Shown here: positions 37,240 to 48,773 of the stretch, piece by piece
How the letters are laid out: each line of letters begins with the position of its first letter
Position numbering within the stretch: position 1 is the stretch's first letter
DNA from: Antechinus flavipes
Lineage: Eukaryota
Assembly (NCBI RefSeq): GCF_016432865.1
Contig: NC_067399.1
Span: forward strand, 20,274,001 to 20,338,000
Reading direction: 5' to 3'
DNA length: 64,000 nucleotides
Notes under the pieces: generated by a model
The model's input: only the letters and a program-made list of their open reading frames with translations
The model's database searches: none
Told to the model about the DNA's origin: nothing
Translations under genes and position numbers: made by a program

Positions 37240-39900
37240 TCTTTCTTTTTTTTATTATAGATTTTTATCTACATATGCATGGATAATTTTTCAACACTGA
37301 CCTTTGCAAAACCTTCTATTTCAAATTTTCCCCTCCTTCCCCCCATCCTCTCCCCTAGATAGGAGGTATTCTAATACATGTAAAAATGTATCTTAAATCC
37401 AATATACGTATACATATCCATACAGTTATCTTGATGCACAAGAAAAAATCAGATCTAGAAAGAAAAAAAAATCTGAGAAGGAAAACAAAAATGCAAGCAA
37501 ACAATAATAGAAAGAGTGAAAACGCTATATTGTGATCCACAGTCAATTCCCATAGTCCTCTCTCTGGGTGTAGATGGCTCTCTTCATTACTGAACAATTG
37601 GATTCTGGTTTTTAATCCAATATGCTATCTGCTTCCACTTTATGGGAGAGTTCACCCCATTCACATTTATAGTTAAAACTACAAATTCTGTATTTCCTGT
37701 CATCTTATTATCCCCAGATTATACTTTTCTCTTTCCTTTTCCACTTTCCCTCTTCCCCAGTATTTAGCTTATGAGCACCACTTGCCTCAAGCAGCCCTCC
37801 CTCTTTAGAATCCCTCCCCCTTCAAAATTCTTCTCCCTTTCTTATACCTTTCCCCTATTATTTCTGTTTTCCCTTCAATTTAACCTATTCCTTCCCTTTT
37901 TGCCTTTCCCCTCCCACTTTTCAATAAGGTGAGAGAAGTTTCTCTGTAAAACAAATATGTGTAATATTTTCTCTTTGAGCCAAATCTGATGAGAATAAGA
38001 TTCACACCATGTTCATCCCTCTCCCTTCTTTCCCTCAAATATAATAGATTTCCTTTCTCTCTTCATGAGATATAATTTCCCTCATTTTAACTCCATTTTC
38101 CCCTTTTTTGGTACAATTCCCTTTCCACCTCTAGTTCCTTTTTTTATATTATAACAGTAAAATCAAATCATACATGCACTCTTTACAGTTCTCAAGAGTT
38201 CTTTTTACCTTCTCTTGAGTCCAATATTTGGAAGTTAAACCTTTTGTTTAGCTCTGGTCTTTTCATCAGAAATAAATGGAATTCACCTGTTTCATTGAAT
38301 GTCCATCTTCTTCCCTGGAAGAAAATGCTCAGTTTATTGGGATAGTTTATTCTTGGCTGCATTCCAAGTTCCTTTGTCTTTTGGAATGTCAGATTCCAGG
38401 CCCTTCAATCCTTTTAGATGGAAGCTGCTAGATTCTGGGTAATCCTTATTGTGGCTCCTCAATATTTGAATTGTTTTTTCTGGCTGCTTATATTTTTTCC
38501 TTGGTCCAATAGTTCTGAAATTTAGCCATGATATTCTTGGGGTTTTAATTTTGGGGTCTCTTTCAGGAGGTGTTTGGTGAATTCTTTCAATGGCTATTTT
38601 ACTTTCTGATTCTATGACATCAGAGCAATTCTCTTTGATGATTTCCTAAAAAATGGTGTCTAGGTTCTTTTTTCATCATGGTTTTCAGGAAATCCAAAAA
38701 TGCTTAGACTGTCTCTCCTAGATCTATTTTCCAGGTCAGTTGTTTTCCCAAGTAGGAATTTTACATTTTTTCCCCATTTTTTTTCATTTTTTTGGTTTTG
38801 CTTGACTGGTTCTTGATGTCTCATTGAGTCATACATTTTCATTTGTTCAGTTCCGAATTTTAGTGGATTATTTTCTTCATTTACTATTTTTTTTTTTTTT
38901 ACTTCTTTTTGTATTTGTCCAATTGAGTTTTTATTTTTTTTTTGTTTGGTTTTTTTGTGCCACATTTTTTTGTTTTGGTGTATTTTATTCATTCATTCAT
39001 GCATTCATTCATTCATTCGTTTGTTTGTTTGTTTTCTCAATTCAGTTTTTAAATGAATTGTTTTGTCTGATGGAATTTTTTTTCATTTCACAAATTCTGT
39101 TTTCCTGGGAGTTATTTTCCTTTTCCATTTCACAAATTCTGTTTTTCAAAGTTGTTTTCTTTTTCCATTTTATCAAATCTATTTTAATGAATTGTATGCC
39201 TTTTCCAAACTCTCTTGCAAAATTTTCATTTCCTTTCCCCATTTTTCTTCTAGCTCTCTTTTAATATCTTTTTAATTTCTTCTAGGAGAGCCTTGTATGA
39301 TGGGGAACAGGTTATACCACCTTTTGGGGCTTTATCTGAAGACAATATGCTTTTAGTCTCCTCAGGGTCTGAAACCTGTTCTTCTCTTTCATCATAAAGC
39401 TATCTATAGTCAAGAGTTCTCTTAGCTTTTTTACTCATTTTTTTTAAAGTTGGGATTTACTTTTAGGGTAAGGGAGTTTCTCCAAGTTTCCTCTACAAGC
39501 AGCAGTGGCTACACTGCATCAGTGTTTACTTCTGGTGCTGAGTGGGTATAGCCAGGTCCCCCAAGGCCCTGGTGCTTCAGGGTTCACTCTTTACCTTTTG
39601 TGTTTATGTTGGATGTCTTATAATTAGTCTGCTGATCTACTGGCTTGCCACCAAGGGAGAGTAGCCAACACTGCTGTGAATCCTCCCTATAGATTTTTCA
39701 CAGCATAGAGACTGCACCACCCTGGGTTTGCACAGCATGCGCTGGCCTCCGTGCTCTTCTTGCCTGCCTGCGCCTGGCCACCACCTCCTCTGCACAATCA
39801 AAACAACCTTTTCTAGTGATCTTTAAAATTATCTTCTACTGGTAATTTGCTGCACTCCCAATATTTGTGGATTCTGCCAATCCAGAGCTAATTCAGAGGC
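37240..39900 (-). mobile_element. Old LINE-1 retaining 5' UTR, degenerate ORF1, the first ~35 codons of ORF2 and the 3' UTR; most of ORF2 absent
   Basis: ORF1 motif KTTDLENRSRRDSLSIFGFPE (38660-38992 ORF). The endonuclease start NVNGVNSPIKWKQIAYWIKNQNP near 37610-37680 joins directly to 3' UTR sequence at about 37600. Confidence 0.8.
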
Positions 39901-41030
39901 TGGATTTGTTAATTAGTTGAGGGTTTGTGGGAGAAGATCAGAAAGAAGCATGTGTCCTCTCCACCCTCAATTTCTTTTGATCTTGGGAGATTCACCACTT
40001 GGTTCTGCTTATCTTCTTCTTTGGGGGCGGTTTTCTGCTAGAAGAAGCTACAGAGAACGCTGTTCTTTATTGATTGTGTCAATGGAACCCAAATCCACTC
40101 TAGAGAATGAGATGCCCTTCCCAAGAGTCTGAAATCTTTCTTTTCTGGGGAATTTCAGTAATTAATAGGAAGTTAGAAGATCCAGTCAAGTCCCCTCTGG
40201 TCCACTGACTGGAATTCCCTCCTTCTCCAAGGCCAAAGTCTCTCACGCTACACCTTTCCCAGAACTTGGTCTTTTCCATCCAAACCCTGCAGAAGGCTCA
40301 CTCAATCCCATGGTTCTTTCCTCTTCCTTCAATGATCAAACATCAATGTTTCCTGTGGCTATGGGAACATGGCAGCTGGTATGCTTTGGGGCAGGAGCCA
40401 GTCATATGTCTCTATCTCATATTATGGGAGGAAAGCAGTGGTCTGATCTTCTCCTGAACCCAGGTGAGGAAGACCTCATCTCTTCCAGGAATCCCCCTGC
40501 CCCTCACCAGCACCTGTGCTCTGATCCTCCCTCCATCCACCTGTCCCTGCCAAGTCCCCTCCTTTTAAATGCCTCCCAAAATCTACACCCACTTGGGTCC
40601 TCTCTCTAAAAAAGTTTTGTCCTCTTCTGGTCAGAGCTATTATCCCTTCAATCTACCAATCTGATAAATAAAGGAGATAAGGTCTGGGAGATCAGGCCCC
40701 TGCAGGTTCCTGAGACGATTTCCTTCCCATTTTGGAGGGAGATGGCATTAGATGGTCATTTCTAATACATTATGATGGAAAGAACGCTGTTCACTGGACC
40801 ATCCAGTGAACCATCCAAAATGCACCCAGATTTACATATTCCCTGAGACCCCCAGGAAGAGGAGAAGAGAAAGGAGAAAAGAGGGAAATCAGTCCCAGCC
40901 TGGGCGCAGAGACTAGGAGACTAGTAGCAGCCTGGGGCTCCCAAAGTCTTGGCCATTATCCTTGTCCCCATTTCCCCATGGTCCTTGGGGTGGGAGATCA
41001 GGGTTTCTCTCACCTCCTCCCCAGAATCAG

Positions 41031-41743
41031 ATAACGCTCTCTGCCATGATGTCCCCCAGCTTCTCAGGGCTGCTCCTCGCCTCCTGCTGCTCCCCTGCCT
41101 GACACAAGGTGGGTCCCTCAGGCCTCCCTCTGACTACCCACCTGGGCCTAGAACAGGGGCTTGGACATAGTAAGAGGGAAAGGGAAGGGGCTCTACAACA
41201 GCAGGGGGCACCGTGGGACAGAGAAGAAGGGGTTGGGGGTCTGTAGGGTTCAAAGCCTGATGTCCAGAGAGCAGGAACCTCAGCTGTGCCCCCCTGCAGC
41301 TGCTCTCCTCTCTCCCCAGGCCAGCAGGAGGCCCCTGCACCCTCCTCTGCCAGGGGCTCCTGCCCCCAGGGCTTTGGCTTCCATGGCTCCCACTGCTATG
41401 GAGTATTGGGTCCTGAGGAGATCTGGAACACTGCCGAGGTGGGTGCTGGACAGGGCCCCTGGGAGGGGGCGGGGTCTGTCTCCCTATCCCAAGGTTCCTT
41501 GGGGTCATCAGTGTGGCCTTCATGAGTCCCTAAGCGCTCACCTGTCACTCAGACCTTCCCTTCTCAAGTTTTGCCAGAGCTTTGCTCTCCTTTTGGTGTT
41601 TTGTGGATCTCCCATTTCCCAAAAAAGTAACCCCTGTGCCCCATAGCCATCTCACACGGTCCCTTTAGTCTCTTCTCTTCCTCTCTCTGCAGGATTCCAG
41701 AGGTGGAAAGATGAACCTGTTCCTCTGCAAGTTCAAAGCTTAA
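41031..41743 (+). pseudogene. REG-E pseudogene
   Basis: First ATG mutated to ATA (41031). A 1-nt deletion in exon 2 gives TGA at 41100. Exon 3 is intact (41320-41438). Exons 4-5 are deleted. Exon 6 (41693-41743) lacks 17 nt. The TATA box and exon-1 donor are degraded (about 40600-40680). Confidence 0.93.
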
Positions 41744-43794
41744 AGAGGACAAGACAGAAGGAAGAATTGGAATTCTCTTGTCTTAGAGCCAGACTCAGTC
41801 ATGGACCGCCATGGCCATAATATCTCTGCCCTCCTAGAACATCTTCCCTTCTGACTTCCTCACACCAACCATCTACACCCTCTTTAATATCCACTATCGC
41901 TCTTTAAGCATCTCACTCAGTGCCTTGGAACCTTTTATGTTATAGACTACAATAAGCCCTAAGTTGACAGGCGACCTGAACATAAATGGTCACAATATTT
42001 TTAAAAAGTAGAAGAGATCAAGTTTAACTCTTTTGACAAACATTAGTAGGGTGAAAATTCTTCAGCAGCGAGTCAAGGAGGTCATTGAAGAAAAAAACAA
42101 ATATGATTATTTTAAATTGAAAATAAGCTAACTCTCAAAGTATGAAATTCTACTTTTGCCTCTATATTGGGAAGATAGAAGACAAGAATTCTTCACATGG
42201 ACTCCTTGGGACTATGACTGAAGGAGAATTCTACTTCAGGTTCTTTCAATATGTTGTCGTCTTTACAGATAGCTCTGTTATAGACTCCACATATAATTTT
42301 GTGTCTTTGAATAAAGTTCTTTTTGATCTGAAGCTTTGAATTTTTTGAAGAGTCACACGTTTTTAAGCACAATGATGCTTCATGGTTTATAAATTACTTC
42401 TCTCATAACAACATTGTTTGAAAGAACTTCAATTTTAGAGATGCTGAGAGTCAAGGATACTTTCAACATCACAGATCTTTGGATTTCACATTCTCATTTC
42501 ATTTCAGCTTAGAATATCCCACAGTCTAGTGAGGTCAAATATTATTTCCAAAGTACACTTTTTTGGCTTCTCTTTTTATTTGCTCTTGCTGATTGTAAGA
42601 TATCCTTCATGTTCAGCCTGCCATTGCCATCAAATTTTGGGTTCCTGCCCCAATGTCTGGTACTTTGAAAGCCTCTGGCCTATTTGGCCCCCAGGAGTCA
42701 TGAGTTTTACTTCATGGCATCTTTTTTTGGCCTTGTATGTTTTTCTATCCTGGGATATTCTAACATCATCATCCTTGAAAGTTTCATGATCTTCTTACAT
42801 CTCTGTGCATATTAGATTGAATGAAGCATATGGAAAAACTAATTGTGGAGGCAGGACCTCCCCTCAGAAGTGTAGTGATTAAGTTACACATTGAGTTTGT
42901 CTTCCTGATATTCTAAGATTCCCCCTGGATTTAGGTTTCCAATGATTCTCATGTCTTTGAGACATGTATGACTCTCCCGGTGCCCTATTTCATGCTGGTT
43001 TCTTCCGTGGACCTTTTTTCTGCCTCTTCTCATATTCAAAAATCTTTTCCAAGTTGTAATCATCCCTGAACATAGCAGGTTCTTTATTAGCCTTTTGGTA
43101 GATTTACTGACTCTTGCCAGTGGGTAAGAATCATCACAGGAGAAAAATCCAGAGTTGTTGAGACCAACATACATCTTCAGAGAATTCATTCAGTCAATCA
43201 AGAAAAGAAGTGAATTTATTCAACATTTCTTCTGACCCAGATTGTAATAATTCTCTTTAGAATGTAATGTTCTCTGTTGGGATTTTCTTGGGGTCTCTGG
43301 GAGCAGCCTTCGTTTCAGTTCAGTAATCATCACACGAGTAGCCAGGGGTTAAAGTCCAAATCCTTTATTGTTTCCTTCAAAGTCTTGTTTCCTTCACTTG
43401 GGGCTCGGCTAGTTTTCTGGATCTTGGTTTCAGTGGAGAAGCGAAGGAGGAGAACCTACCACCACTTCTCTGTCTTCCCTAGTTCTGATTCTGGCTGAGT
43501 TTGTCCAAGCTTAGATGCTCTCTTATCAAAGGTGTGAGCATCATACTAAGTAATCATTGTCTCTATCAATTCTATTGACTTAGCACCTTGTTTCAAGTTC
43601 TGACCCATAACACCACATAATATTAGGGGTTTAAAGAAAGGCAAAATCTAGGTCCTTACCTGCAAAGGGCTTGCATTCTGAAGGGAAAGACAGCATACAT
43701 AGATCATCATACTCAAGTGGCGGAAGTTGCTTTCAGAGGTGTTTTACTCAGTCTAACAGGAATCATAAGTATGAGATCTCTCCATGATGTTAAG

Positions 43795-44630
43795 ATCTCA
43801 TTTCTTTGTTTCAAGATAATTATCTTTCTATTTTCAAAATATACGCAAAGCTAGTTTTCAACACCCACCTTTGCAATGCGTAGTGTTCTCCCTCTCTTCC
43901 CCTCATCCTTCCCTTGGACAACAAGAGTCCAATATATTAAATGTGCAATTATTTTATAAAGATTTTCACAAGTATCATGCTGAACAAGAAAAATCAGACT
44001 AAAAAGGGAAAAAATGAGAGAAAACAAAAAGCAAGCAAACAGCAAAAAAAAGACGAAAATATTAAGCTATGTTCCACCTTCAATCTCCCTACTCCCGTCT
44101 CTGGCAGTGGATGGCTCTCTCCATCATAAATCTATTAGAATTGCTTTTAGTCGCTTCATCTTGAAAAGAGCCAACTCCATCACAGTTGATTACACAATCT
44201 TGTTGTTGCTGTGGACAATATTCTCTTGATTCTACTCATTTCACTTAGCATCAGTTCCTATAAGTCTCTCCAGATCTTTCTGAAATCATCCTGTTGATCG
44301 TTTCTCATAGAACAATAATATTCCATAATGTTCATATGCCATAATTTATTCAGCCATTCTCCAGCTGATGGGCATCCCCTCAGTTTCCAGTTTCTAGCCA
44401 GTAGAAAAAGGGCTGCCACAAACATTTTTGCCCTTGTGGGACCCTTTTCCTTTTTATGATCTTTAGGGGTACCAGCCCAGTGGAGATACAGCTGGATCGA
44501 AGGGCATGCCCAATGTGATCGCTCTTGGGCATAGTTCCAAATTGCTCTCTAGAACAGTTGGGTCATTTCCACCAACAATGTATTAGTGTCCTAGTTTTCC
44601 CACATGCCCTCCAACGTTTATAATTATCTC
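43795..44630 (-). mobile_element. Degenerate LINE-1 3' end
   Basis: Same 3' UTR and ORF2-end motifs as the other L1 copies. Confidence 0.8.
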
Positions 44631-45908
44631 TTCCCGAAGGACCTTATTCCTCAGTCATTCCAAGGACAAATAGCACCTGAGAAAGGAGCAGGAGCAAATA
44701 TACAAGCAAAAGACTCTCCACATGCAGGGACAGAGCTGATTTTTCTCTCTTCAATGACTGATTCCCAAAACGTTCTCCAAAATACCTTTCCCCTATTTCA
44801 TTTCTAAATTCAGGCCCCTTCAATTCCCTATGCACAGCTTGGTATCACATAGGAATTAAACAATAAGTTAATCTTTATATAAAGATGTAAAACTGGTGAA
44901 ATGCTTTTCAGCTCTTTCATTGAATATTGTAACAATTCCCTGACTGAGGGGATCACATTGTAGCATATGTATATGAGAGAGTATATGGATACGTTTCCAT
45001 ATGAGGAGGCTATGGATAAGAACGGAGAAATGGTATACCAGCAAATTCAGGTCTGAAGAAGGATTGGAACTCAGTTCTTTCTCATTTTCAGTCATGCTTT
45101 CTTCCACATGCCGACTAATTCCCTTCGTATTGTTATTACACAGTTAGGGATATATCTCCCTCCCTTTGGGCACCAATTCACTTTCTCTTTGCAGCAGCTA
45201 TGTGTCTTCCTACCATTAACAACTATGACTTCTTCTTCCCTCCTTGCTCGCTAATGTTCCCTTTTTCCGTGTAATAGAATTTCTTTGTACTCTCTTGTAA
45301 AGTACAGAGACTGTTAATATGTTTTTGGTTAATTATGGAATATTGGACATGAACAACCTGACGTTCTTAGAAGCAGTTGGGAAAAGAGAGAGATTTCTCT
45401 CCTGGCCAGAGAAGGTTTAAAAGAGGTCGGAGAGGAAGAAGTGTTTGGGGAATCATAGTGAGACAGACATTGGCGCTGACACTAGACTATGTCCTCAGTC
45501 GGATCATCTGCTTTGAAACCCAATGGGAACCCAAAGAGTCAGTCAGGGGGTTCTGACATTTGAATGAGGAGAATCAAACCAGCTTCCAACTGCCCCAGTC
45601 CCACTGATGGGAACCCATTTGAAGCCTCTTGTTGAGAATCTTAGAACAGGGAGAGTTCAGAATGAGGAGTAATCGTCTGGTAGATGGATGTTGTGGGTCT
45701 ACACCAGGGTTCAGGAGACTTAGGCCCCTACTCTGTCCTGGTGACTCTTGCCTCTGTCCTTTAAGGGGAGGTTGTGCTAGAAGAAGCTGAAGGGAACTTA
45801 ATTCTTTCTTGACTATGTGGAAGCAACCTCAAATCAGCCCCGGAGGATGTGCAGGGGATCGTGGGGAAGCTCTTCCCAAGAGCCTGGAAACCTTCCTTGT
45901 CCCAGGAA

Positions 45909-46344
45909 TTCCAGGAATTAATGGAAAGACAGAGGGTTTTATCAGGAAAACGTGGCTCCCCTGACTGGAATCCCCTCCTTCTCCAAGGCCAGGTCTCTGA
46001 CCCTACACCTTTCCCAGCAGGAAGTTCCCCCATTCCTGTGAGTTCCCTCTTCCCCCCATCGCCAACCTTCCCAGAAAGTTCCCCTGGCTGTGGGAACGGG
46101 GCAGCTGGCGAGCTTTGGGCAGGAGCCAGTCATGGGTCTCTACCTCACCCTGGGGGAAGAACCCAGGGCTCCTCTCTGCTCCTGACCCCAAAGTGAGGAA
46201 GACCTCGCCTCTTCCAGGAAGCCCCTGCCCCTCCCCAGCCCCTGTGCTCGGGCCCTCCCTCCTCCCGGCCCTGCCCCCATAATGGGCCCTGTCCCTATAA
46301 AGGTTCCATCCTCTTCTGCTCAGACACAGGATTCCTTCCGGCCG
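45909..46344 (+). promoter_or_regulatory. REG-F promoter: GAS sites 45909-17, 46068-76, 46212-20; TATA 46296-46301; exon 1 ends 46344
   Basis: Near-identical to the REG-D promoter; donor G|GTAAGT at 46345. Confidence 0.85.
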
Positions 46345-46721
46345 GTAAGTGAGGGGGAGCAGGTCTGGGACATGGGCCCCTGCAGGCTCTGGAGGCCGTT
46401 CCCTTCCCAGGGGGGAGAGGAGGCAGCCGCTCCGGGAGGCCGTTACCTCGGGGGAAAGGCCAGGAGAGGGTCACTCTTCTCAGAGTCCACCCTGTCCAGG
46501 GCTCCCAGATTCTGTCCTGCTCCTGCGGTCTGCACATTCCTAAGGCTCAGAAAGGGGAGGAGGAGGAGAGAGGAGGGAACTCAGTCCCAGCCCGGGCCCA
46601 GAGACCGGGGGAACAGCAGCAGCCCGGGGCTCCCGAGGTCTCGGCCATTATCCTTGTCCCCTTCTCCCCATGGTCCTTGGGCGGGAGATCAGGGTTTCTC
46701 TTGTCTCCTCCCCAGAATCAG

Positions 46722-48773
46722 ATGACGCTCTCTGCCATGATGTCCCCCAGCTTCTCGGGGCTGCTCCTCGCCTGCCTGCTGCTCCCCTGCCTGACACAAG
46801 GTGGGTCCCTCAGGCCTCCCTCTGACTGCCCACCTGGGCCTAGAACAGGGGCTTGGACATAGTAAGAGGGAAAGGGAAGGGGCTGGACAGCAGCAGGGGG
46901 GGCACCGTGGGACAGAGAAGAAGGGGTTGGGGGTCTGTAGGGTTCAAAGCCTGATGTCCAGGGAGCAGGATCTCAGCTGTGCTCCCCTGCAGCTGCTCTC
47001 CTCCCTCCCCAGGCCATCAGGAGGCCCCTGAACCCCCCTCTGCCAGGAGCTCCTGCCCCCAGGGCTTTGGCCTCCATGGCTCCCACTGCTATGGAATATT
47101 GGGTTCTGAGGAGACCTGGAACACTGCCGAGGTGGGTGCTGGACAGGGCCCCTGGGAGGGGGCGGGGTCTGTCTCCCTATCCCAGGTTCCTTGGGGTCAT
47201 CAGTGTGGCCTCCATGAGTCCCTAACCCCCACCTGTGACCCAGACCTTCCCTTCTCAGGTGACTCCAGGGCTTTGCTCCCCTTTTTGGTGTTTCTTACCC
47301 CCACTTCCCACAAAAGTAACCCCTGTCCCCCACAGCCATCTCCCCATGGTCCCTTTAGTTTCTTCTCTTCCTCTATTGACCACCCTGTCTCCCGAGGCTC
47401 CCAGGAGCCTTCTCCTGCCTCCTTCGCCCCCGGCCCCACACATTTACCCAGCCCCGCTCCCTCCCTCCACAGCTGCTGTGCCAGGGCTACCCCTCGGGCC
47501 ACCTGGGCTCCCTGCTCAACGAGGCCGAGGCCACCTTCGTGGCCACCATGATCATGGAGAACAGGGTTAAGGACCCCGTCTGGATCGGTCTGCACGACCC
47601 CAACAAGGTATGTCCGAGGGCCCGTCCCCGTCCGAGTCCTGGAGAGAAGGGGAACAACTATGTGTGTGGCGCTGATGGGGAGGAGGATCCTCAGAGGTCC
47701 GAGACCCTAAAGGAGCAGAAGCATCAGGAAGAACAGGAGAACTCCAGGGGGCAGGAGGTGGGGGGCAGGGAGAAGGGTCTGCAAGGTCTCCAGGGCTGGA
47801 GGGGGATTGCATCTCTCCCAGGGCTCCTGGGGACTCACCAACCCGCAGGTTCTCCTCGTGTCTCTGCCCGTTCTTTGCAATGAGCGACTCTTGTGTGACC
47901 TGTTACTTCTCATCCCCCAGAGGGCCCTTCTCAGGCCCCCCACTAATGGAGACCTGGGTCCCCGTGCATTTGAGGAACAGTCCAAGAGAGTCTCGGCCTC
48001 CCCAAGAGGCTCAGGGAGCTCAGGGCAGGGCCTGGGCCAGAGCTGGGCAGGAGAGTGACCGGCAGCAGCCAGGGGAGCTTTCTGGCAGAGGGAGGGAGGG
48101 GGGCTCTGCCTAAGAGAACGTGATGGGGCGGAACAGGCTGGTGCTGCCCAGTGGCAGAAGCAGCAGCCGGGGCCACAGCACCTGGGAACGACTCGGGGAA
48201 CAGAACGAGCCCGGGTTGGGAGGTCTGGGCTAACTAAGGGGCAGCTGGTCTGTTTCTTATAAGGAGTTATATACAAGAGGTAGGTGGGGGGGGTCTTGCT
48301 CTTCCCTGACCGCCCCTTCCCGATCCTCCCCCGCAGAACCGCAGGTGGAGATGGAGCAGCAACGCCCTTTACCTCTACAAGGCCTGGGAGAAGGGCTTCC
48401 CAGGGAATACCGATCCTAACTACTGCGTGAGCCTGACTCCTGAGTCTGGTGAGCTCGGACCCTCCCTCTGCCAGCTGCACAGGAGCATCCTCTTCTCCAT
48501 CTGTTCTTCCATCTTACCTTTCTATCACTTTACCTCCTTCCCCTCCTTCCTTGTTCTCTCCTTCCCTCCTTCCTTGTTCTCTCCTTCCCTCCTTTTCCTG
48601 TCATCATTCTCTGTTCTTCTTGGGACTAAAGGACAATCCTGAATGAGGAGACCCTGTGGCCAGGAAGCCATGATCCTCAACTAAACCGAGACCATCTCTC
48701 CGCAGGATTCCAGAGGTGGAAAGATGAACCTTGTCAGAACGAGAACCTCTTCCTCTGCAAGTTCAAAGCTTAA
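46722..48773 (+). CDS. REG-F: REG-family secreted C-type lectin, 170 aa (165 aa from the second ATG at 46737)
   Basis: Exons 46722-46800, 47013-47131, 47473-47607, 48337-48448, 48706-48773, GT-AG and open. Protein: ...HQEAPEPPSAR-SSCPQGFGLHGSHCY...WIGLHDPNKNRRWRWSS...NYCVSL...WKDEPCQNENLFLCKFKA. AATAAA at 49305. Confidence 0.95.
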
